A stretch of 55,205 nucleotides of DNA, filler included, from Mitosporidium daphniae (lineage: Eukaryota), in the NCBI RefSeq assembly GCF_000760515.2. It is 3 parts of 3 records of this genome, joined end to end, with 100 filler letters (N's around TTAATTAATTAA, not from the genome) between each part and the next. Parts side by side here need not be neighbours in the genome. Positions count along the whole stretch, not along the records: positions 37,142 to 55,205 come from NW_013546125.1; 2 more parts are not named here. One strand, given 5' to 3'. This document shows, piece by piece, positions 47,393 to 55,205 of the stretch. The notes under the pieces were generated by a model. The model saw only the letters and a list, made by a program, of their open reading frames with translations, did no database searches and was not told the origin of the DNA. Within the stretch, counting starts at the first letter, position 1. Every line of letters begins with the position of its first letter. The translations under genes were made by a program, and so were the position numbers.

Positions 47393-48528
47393 ATGGCCTT
47401 TGGGACTACGCCTCCCTCACATGAAGATAGCCCGCTGCAGGAGCTCGTCCGCATGGTCACTCGCATGTTCTACGAGCCCAAGCATGTGGTTCTCGTTGAT
47501 TTGTTGACTCAGTCACAAATGTATGCTTTGGCTACTTTTTAATTTTGTCTACAGGATTAGGGACGATATTCTCAGCATTAGATCTCGTATACCCATTAAA
47601 GAGGTGAACCGGATTATTGCAAAGCTCAAGCAGGACCGTCTTGTATGTGTGTATGTTTTGATGTTGCTTATCTTTTAGCGAGTCAAGAACGGAACAAGAG
47701 AGCATGGCTAAAAGCGGCGGAGTTGGCGAGAGGAATATTTCTCGCTACTATTACTATATTGATTACGCGCTTTTTGTAAACGTCGTCAAGTTAAAGCTTC
47801 ACAAGATACGTCAGAAATTGGAAAATTCGCTCCAGATTCAAGAAGCGAACTATTTTTGCTCGTCTTGTGACGGCAAATGGAGCCTTTTGGAAACACAGAT
47901 GCTTTTCAACCCAGAATCGGCGCTATTTGTATGTCCTCATTGCAGCGTCGAATTGGAGGCCATCCTCAATTCTTTAAATACCACATTGTCAAACGATAGT
48001 TCGCTCTCATCTCAGTATCATAAATTTATGGAGATGCAAGCCCCCATTGTAGCTCTTCTTAAAAGGGCAGATAAGCTTGTAATCAGTTCTGTTGATGTGC
48101 AGGCCCTAATCAAGCGAGCTATAGTCAATTCAAACGAAGAGGCTTCCATAAATACGACAGATCTTGTCCATGCCCCTGATAGACCCTCCTCACCCCTTAT
48201 CCCCGTGGAAAAGGGGAATCAGAAAGAAGAGCTATCCAATAGTATTGAGGTCGACATTGTCAAATCTTCTTTTTCGTCTTTGTCAAGTTATTTGAAACCA
48301 TATTCAAAGGTGCAGGTACCGGTTCCTGTGCCGGGATTTACTCCAGTTTCTGGGGAAAAGCAAGCAGACCGATCTTTAGAAGAGTCTTCACCATTTGTGG
48401 AGGAAAATTTTTTTATGGAGGTCCAGGGGCGGGAAATTGCTATCAATGAAATTTCAGAAGAAGATCTTTCTTTGATGACTCCTGAAGAGTATGAGTTTTA
48501 TTACAATGCCCTTCAAAAAAAGGCTTAG
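47393..48528 (+). CDS. TFA1: Transcription initiation factor IIE alpha subunit, 3 exons
   Basis: LVRMVTRMFY, LKQDRLV, YYYIDY..FVNVVK.KLHKI, Zn ribbon CSSC..FVCPHC, C-terminal MTPEEYE.Y. Confidence 0.93.
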
Positions 48529-48817
48529 GTGTCCTGTACATATGGTCCAATAAATACCGCTTTTAATGATTGCAACAAAATTTGGTGTATGTGCGCCCTA
48601 GCTGGTACATTAAATGTGTGCCTTCAAATGCGCAAAGTTAGCTCATTATGACCGGTATTTGGTTTCTCAATTGCTAGCACATGCAAGTTTGATGGTGGCG
48701 CATCTTTAAAGTGTACACATTCTTTCTGCAGTTGGCGGCTCCGAATAAATTGCACATTTGGTGCAGATGCAAGCATCATTTAGGGTTTCATATATTCCAG
48801 AAAATTGCCACAATTTA

Positions 48818-50377
48818 ATGCCTCTAAAAGTAGCGCAAAGGACTTCCTCCTTCAGATGCATTGCGCCATGCTCCTTGTCTTGTTCTTTTTTTTCTTCCTT
48901 CAAAAGATCTGGTTTGGAAGTTTTACCATCGCCACGAAAGACTCCGCTCTCTGCCTTACCTGGCTCCAAGTGGAGTCCGCTTACTTTATCTTCAATTGAA
49001 TCTCCTTTGGTTGAGTTAAGCGAAGATCAAACGGAGGTTATTTTTGAAACCCTTAGATTAATATTTAGCTTGTCGAAGCAATTAGGGCATTTGTAGATAG
49101 GGAAATAATTCCTATTGCTGCTGATATTGATCGCACCAATACATTTCCGAAGGCATTGAGAATTTTTAACGGCCCATTAGCATCTCTGGCTGAAGTTTGG
49201 GCAGCTCGGGATCCTTGGGGTCACAGCCTCACAGGAATATGGGGGTTTAGGGCTTGGATACCTTGAACATGTTTTGGTCATGGAAGAGGTTTCTCGAGGA
49301 AGTGGATCAATTGGTCTCTCCTATGCAGCCCATTCAAATCTTTGTGTCAATCAAATTGTCCTTAATGGGAGCGCGTCTCAGAAGAGCCGTTATTTATCAA
49401 AGGTATTTTAGCTGGCGATGGTTCAGCTTTTAGTTGATCTCGGGCGAGTCTGTGGGGGCTCTTGCCATGAGCGAACCCAATTCTGGATCAGATGTTCTTT
49501 CGATGAAGCTATCGGCCACGGCCACCGAAGGAGGATATTTGTTGAATGGAACTAAAATGTGGATTACGAATGGCCCGATTGCAGACATTCTTATCGTTTA
49601 TGCTCGCATGAACGACTCAAAGAGAATCACAGCATTTGTTGTAGACAAATGTGCCCCTGGGTTTTCCACTGGACCAGCTCTAGACAAGCTGGGGATGCGG
49701 GGATCGCCAACTTCGGAAATAATATTTTCAAATTGCTTTGTCCCCGGTAAGATTTCATATTTTCATCATCAAAACCATTGCAGAGTCCAATGTACTTGGT
49801 GGTATCGGAAACGGTGCTTATGTGCTTATGAGCGGACTTGATTACGAGCGGTGTGTCCTTGCTGCTGGACCCCTTGGGTAACTCTGGCCCTATTTTGCTA
49901 ATGCCCCTGCTAGCTTGATGCAAAACGCCCTCGAAAATGCTATTCCCTACACTTCAATTAGAGAACAATTCGGATCTCGAATTTGCGACTTTGAGGTTAG
50001 TATGATTGCATTTCTCTTTCTCCTTAGCTAGTACAAGGTTCGTTGGTGGTTGTTGCAATTAAGGAAAAATTGCCGATGCATATGCAAAATTATCGGCCTC
50101 AAGAGCATATCTTTATGGCGTAGCCAAGGCTTGTGATAGGGGTGTCCGTAGCAATAGGGACTGCGCGGGTGTGATCCTTTATGCTGCAGAGAGAGCCACT
50201 GAGGTCGCTTTGGATGCTATTCAGCTTCTCGGCGGAAACGGATACACCAACGACTATCCCGTTGGAAGGATATTAAGAGATGCTAAGCTGTATGAGATTG
50301 GTGCAGGCACTAGCGAAATCAGACGAATGTTGATTGGCAGAGAGTTTGGGAAGATGTTTCCAGAGGCAGAAAAATGA
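48818..50377 (+). CDS. IVD: Isovaleryl-CoA dehydrogenase, mitochondrial, 8 exons
   Basis: [78 protein letters not shown]. Confidence 0.96.
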
Positions 50378-50565
50378 GAACCCTAGAAAGTAGCAAGTAT
50401 TCCGTAATAAAGGGGCCGAGGACATTCGCACTTTGCACCAAAGGGGTCTAGGATACTAACCCTTGCAATACAAATCCCTGACAGGGTCTTTGTAGCTTTG
50501 GCTAGTTGAAAAATAAAATCCCATAAGCAAAAATAAACTAAAATCAAATCCTATAAATTAAAATT

Positions 50566-50767
50566 AACTGCAATGTGCTTGAAGTACTTCTGTAGAAGAC
50601 GGCTCCGTGGCAAATTGTGGGTGGACAATGTGGTGTGCCTCAAGGCAACGCTTCGTGGTTCTTAAAGAGGGCGGTATCGCACGAGGGTGGCAACACAGCA
50701 GTGAAAACGCACCTCCCGCAATGGTGTCAGGATAAGCTGTTGGAGGAGGTAAACTTCGTCTCGTTTT
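50566..50767 (+). ncRNA. Signal recognition particle (SRP/7SL) RNA, ~200 nt
   Basis: 5' CTGCAATG resembles the fungal Alu motif CTGTAATG. Helix 8 reads CAC-GAGG-GTG-GCAA-CAC-AGCA-GTG (50680-50703) followed by AAAAC, with TAAAGAGGG before it. Long helix 5 pairings: GAAGT/ACTTC, ACTTCT/GGAGGT, GACGGCT/AGCTGTT, TGGCA/TGTCA, ATTGTGGG/CCCGCAAT. T-runs at 50764 and 50778; TATAAA at ~50552. Confidence 0.88.
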
Positions 50768-50839
50768 GCTAGTTTGCTTTTTATCATCATGGTGATCATT
50801 AATACACATGTAGGGTTAATTCATTTTAAGTTTACGTAA

Positions 50840-52411
50840 ATGGCAAATCGTTCTGATCCGCATCCAACTGCCCTAACCCAACACCGGCCCAATAATCATA
50901 TCGAGAATTATCACAATAGCGATGGCAACAATAAGGGCGAGGACACTAATTTCAAATTTTGGAATTTTTTTGATCCCATTTCGGATTACAGTCTTGCATT
51001 TTCCAACAGCGTTCGCATCTTGTTCTCTAACTCGGTCGCCATGTTTAGTACATATTTGTCATGTTAATACATTTTAGAAAATCCAGATATATTCATTAGA
51101 ATTTTAGATCCAATTGTCGAAAGCAATCGATGGCTTTTCTGGTTTCTATTTCCAGAGGCTGAGGATAATTTTGCCTCGCTTTATGATATGGAATCCAGTC
51201 CTGTCACAATGAAGCAAAATTCTTCCAACTTTGCCTTATCGGAGCCCTCTTCCTCTACGTGTAACCTATTAACCGGTTGTCCAGACTTTGACAAACTGCC
51301 ATTTCCAGCATCAGAGGGCATCGACGGATTCCACAATCCGACACTTGGTAACTTGACCCAAGGTGGGGAGGAGGGTGCTTGGTGGATGCCTTTGTTTTCT
51401 GTTCTTTTCATCTCCCTTTTTCCTTGTTTGTTGATATTTTTTTTTGTTTCGGTGAAGCGGCTTTTCAATCAAAAATCGTCTTCTGCCGGCACATTGGAGA
51501 CATTTCCAAGACTTTTGACACTGTCCATGCTAGCTTTTGCTGCAGGGGGGCTCCTAGGTGATTGCGTCCTCCATCTTTTCCCTGTAATTTTTTCTGTACA
51601 TACGCCACATCACGACCATGGTTGCCATGTGCATGGATCGCTTAACATGACTTCGATTTCTTTTATTTTCGGAATTTTTTTTTTCTGGACCTTTGAATTG
51701 GCGGCTACATCAGCACCAAATCCACACAAACATAAACTATCCACTTCAAAGGATGAACCAGAAAAGCAAAAGAAGCGGTCCAGCCGATCCAAAAGTACTG
51801 TTAGACGAAGAACCATTGCTGAAGAGCCAACCCCAGAGACCGATTCCTCATCAACTACAGTGGCGGCATCTACATCTGAATCCGCAGAAGAAAATTACTC
51901 GAATCAGCCTGCTGCTACGGTGCATTCGAACCATGGCTTTGCTGTGGTTCATGTCTGTGCAGATCTTATTCATAATTTTACGGATGGTCTTGCCTTGGCT
52001 GCTGCATGGTCAACAGAGGCTGGCGGGGGCCGGGCATTAGGTCTTTCGACTACACTTGCCATTCTACTTCATGAAATACCTCATGAATTGGGCGATATTG
52101 CTGCGTTGATCCATTTGGCGGGGTGGTCTTTTCCCTCTGCTTTGAGAATGCAGCTGATAACCTCGGCTATTGGCTCTTTCGGAGGCTTGCTTTTTGGACT
52201 GCTGCTTTCCAAATTGAGTTCCACTTTTAATTTGACTTCAACCATCCTCCCGGCGATTCTGCCATTTTCGGCCGGTGGGTTCATATACCTGTCACTTGCA
52301 ATCATATTTCCTCAATTAAAAGCAGAGTGTGCATTGTTTACCAGAAAACGAGATGTATTATTGATTGCCTTTTTCGCACTCTCCGGGGTTTTTCTACTGG
52401 CTCTCGTGTAA
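50840..52411 (+). CDS. ZIP family zinc transporter (ZIP7/Yke4-like), 2 exons
   Basis: LAFAAGGLLGD..LHLFP, His-rich loop, HNFTDG, LLHEIPHELGD, GGFIY. A 30-nt intron at 51048-51077 removes the stop between ORF 50840-51067 and the main ORF. Confidence 0.92.
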
Positions 52412-52574
52412 AAGGTATGGAAATTAAATTTGAATTTTTGAACTGCCACAGTGTTAAATAAACAAATCATGTCTATAACACAGGGGTTGATGGATGGGGA
52501 GGAGCGGTTCCAAGCCTATTGAGGATTCAGTGTATCGAGTGTATGTATGGTGTAATATTATTATAGGGTCCAAA

Positions 52575-54734
52575 TCAGCGCACAAAGCAGATATGCTCGT
52601 AGGAAAGATGCACGAACAGAGTTCCGGTGGGCACATCTGCCAAGTGAATGGGAATGGTTCCCGTTTTGTTACCTTCGTAATATTTTAAGAAGGACAAATC
52701 TATCTCGGCTCTTCCAAGATACTCATTTTTAGAATACTTTCTGTAGTTGTACAACTGAATGGAGAGCATTTGATCGAGTGTGTCATAAATCTGGAGCTCA
52801 AAATCCTAGCAAGTGAGAACGGTAAATGGCATGGGTACCTCGTTCCAAACTGGACTAACTGTATTGGGAATGACCCTACTCTTCAGCACGCATTCATTCC
52901 ACCTAACCACACAATATGGATGGCTTGTGATGCCTCGATCCACGGGGAGAAGCTCTGAAGCTCGTTCTATTTTGAGCCGGAGATTTCCAATGTGGACGAG
53001 CGATTGGGAGGATTGCGCCAGGGTATTGCTTGATTCTTGCAGTTCTTTGTTTTTAAAATTAAATATGGCCTCCGAGATCAAGTTTACCCACTGCCGGTGC
53101 TCAGATTCAGCGGCGGTTTTCAAGGTCACAATGGTGCCCTTTTGCTTTACAGAGGAGTCTTCCCCCGGTAGAAACAATGGAAAATTCGATTTGCTTCGTA
53201 AAGTAAACTTGCAATTCTATACGGGAACTATAAATGCCGATTGGAGAGAAAATTCTTACCGGGCTTTGAGAAAGAAGCTATAGAATTTCGAACGCGATCC
53301 ACAAGTTTGGGCTCTCCAGCGGATGCATCGACCGTAATATCCAGCAAAGAGATCGGCTACATCAGTGAGATTGTGTTTTCAAAGCACGGTTACCTTATAG
53401 GCTAAAGAAAACTTGCTTTCTGGTGTCACGCGTTTAATGGATTCAGGCTCGAAATGCAGCAGAAGAATCAGGTCACTACACAAAACGCAGTAAATAGGTT
53501 CTTTACGAGAGGACGAACAATCCTCCAAAATTCCGTCCTTTATCCAGATCCTGGGTTCGCGATGTTTCGTTTCTGAGGGAAGATCGATAATCTCTTTATG
53601 AAACAGGGTCATACCATCAAAGGAGGGCATGGAATATGTATTAGGGCGCGTTGGAGATATCGAAAATGAGCGGGAAGATGACATTGAACTTTTTTTTCTC
53701 GATTTTTGCGGCAACAAAGTGGGCGATTTTAGCCGTCCATTTGTCAGCAAAATTTTGTTTCCACCCAATTGACTTTGTAGCTGCGAAAGTTTGAAGGAGT
53801 TTTCCTTTTTTTGAGCCGCCTCGTTTGCTCTGGACAGTATTAGCTCTATTTCAGTCAGCGCGGTGACAAGGACGGAGGTTCCTGACGTTAAAGGAAAATT
53901 TGAGTCAAAGGGATTTTCATCAAGTTTGATTTCGGAGAATGGGTTTGCCTTTTTCTCAACCTCTGGGCCCATCTCTGAAAATGGGTTGCATTCAGTGATA
54001 ATAATTTGAGTTTCCAGCGAATTCAAGATCGAGGAAATATCTGCTTTTTTGAAGGAATCTCTTTTGGAGTTTTCGACCTTGGAATAATGAAGGATCTGTT
54101 TGATCAAAAGAGGATATCTCGTCAATCGCTGCATTGGTTCCAAAAAGAATGCGGAAAGGTCTAAGCCCCTGCATTCCGGATTTGAGGATGTAACTTTCTA
54201 ATAATAACGATCACCAAAACATGGGGTACCCTTAAAAACAGGTCGAGGTCAAAATTGTAGGATCTGATTTCCTGCAGCCTGCGAAGGGCTAACATTTGGG
54301 ATTCACAAAAAGAAACATAAATGTCCAATTGCTGGACCTAGAGCGGTCATAAAACCTACACTTACATGCTTTAAAAAAATGTTGCCCAATTCGCCAAGCG
54401 AGATCCCATGTGAGAATTGGATTTTGGAAAAGTCCAGCTCCTCATCCGCGTTATAGAAGATGTTTAGTGCTTGCAAGAAATGTCCCAAAATGGACTCATG
54501 TAAACAAATCAGCTGTGGAGTTTTCGAAAATATCAAATGCCAGTCGTGGTGGGAAAGAGAAGGGGGGTTACCCTGATCTTCAGAGATTATATGGAAGGGA
54601 GACATTGAAGACGGGCACAGCGGCTTTCCAAACAGATTTGAGACAAGTTTCAGGGACTTCACATACTTGTATTCAGTAACTATGAGCTCTTTTATTGCTT
54701 CAAAAACCTTGGAATCGACCGGAGGGTCCCCCAT
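52575..54734 (-). CDS. RhoGEF with DH-PH-C2 architecture (intersectin C-terminus-like), multi-exon
   Basis: EAIKELIVTEYKYV, CRGLDLSAFFLEPMQRLTRYPLLIKQIL, PH (LCSDLILL..HRQWVNLI), C2 (SHPYCVV..SPVWNE..NEYLGRAEI..DVPTG). Confidence 0.85.
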
Positions 54735-54822
54735 AAATTTGCAACAAAACAAAGTTTTTAAAATCAAATTTGTTTATTTGGAATTTTTAAAGCAATTTTT
54801 TTTCTCAAAAACGGTCCTGTCC

Positions 54823-55205
54823 TCAGGGTTGATAGGAGTAGCATTTTGCCTCCCCTTTTGAGGAAGATTTCACAAACCCCTTTTCGTATAGCCGTCCGAG
54901 AGCATCATTGATAACCGCTATTTCGGAGATGTATGAAAGCATGCATGGATGCTCTTTGCCGATTTTCTCTTTTAGCTCGCCGGGAGACTTTTCTGCAACC
55001 TCGTCAAATCGATGCAGCTTCAATATTTTCATTATGAGGCACTACAAGTAAAGGCTGGAGAGATAATTACCTCTATGACCAGCTTCTTATCTTCTGGGAT
55101 ATCAACTTTCAATCCGCTTTGTACAAGCTCATGACCTGGAGCAAAGACACCTTCTATTTGCTTCAAAGAATATGGCTCGAAAAATGAGAATATTGAAGCT
55201 GCATC
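54823..55205 (-). CDS. Divergent cullin, C-terminal neddylation/winged-helix domain (5' part outside the window)
   Basis: Spliced EDKKLVIE|CLIMKILK resembles the cullin motif EDRK..IEAAIVRIMK. INDALGRLYEKGFV..YSYQP* resembles the cullin C-terminus. Confidence 0.65.

Noticed and set aside
48530..48810. U4-like ACTTTGCGCA on the minus strand with an Sm-like site
   Set aside because: The U6-pairing elements are in the wrong order and no convincing 5' stem-loop is present.
21721..50377. SCOT, IVD and OGDH as a metabolic gene cluster
   Set aside because: They lie on different contigs, far apart, among unrelated housekeeping genes.
50564..50809. 81-aa minus-strand ORF
   Set aside because: It overlaps the SRP RNA on the opposite strand and has no protein motif.
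1414..54734. Split ORFs as pseudogenes, programmed frameshifts or an alternative genetic code
   Set aside because: Nearly all breaks are resolved by short GT-AG introns under the standard code.

Overview
This window is not prokaryotic. It comes from an extremely gene-dense, intron-containing eukaryotic genome with a fungal-like gene set, and it is three contigs joined by 100-nt N spacers carrying TTAATTAATTAA. About 28 protein-coding genes are packed with very short intergenic gaps, some under 50 bp, and most introns are only 23-37 nt. Recognisable genes include KGD1/OGDH, EAF1, NOG2, SEC16, NOP9, SCOT, PEX11, myosin II, AMD1, GPN1, ZNF207, class IV chitin synthase, CAP/SRV2, TFA1, IVD, a ZIP transporter, a DH-PH-C2 RhoGEF and a cullin C-terminus. 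Microsporidia-like compaction together with retained mitochondrial and peroxisomal genes suggests an early-diverging microsporidian/Rozellomycota such as Mitosporidium (inference, not verified). Highlights the ORF track does not show: a ~200-nt SRP RNA gene (50566-50767), a DJ-1/Hsp31-family gene lacking the catalytic Cys and resembling animal GATD1, an apparent GT-GG intron, a GC-AG intron, a 10-nt microexon, several stop-free 27-nt introns, a stand-alone FANCM C-terminal-like module, a MITE-like inverted-repeat element, a 37-bp tandem repeat and telo-box-like promoter motifs. All family assignments come from motif recognition by eye; no searches were run.
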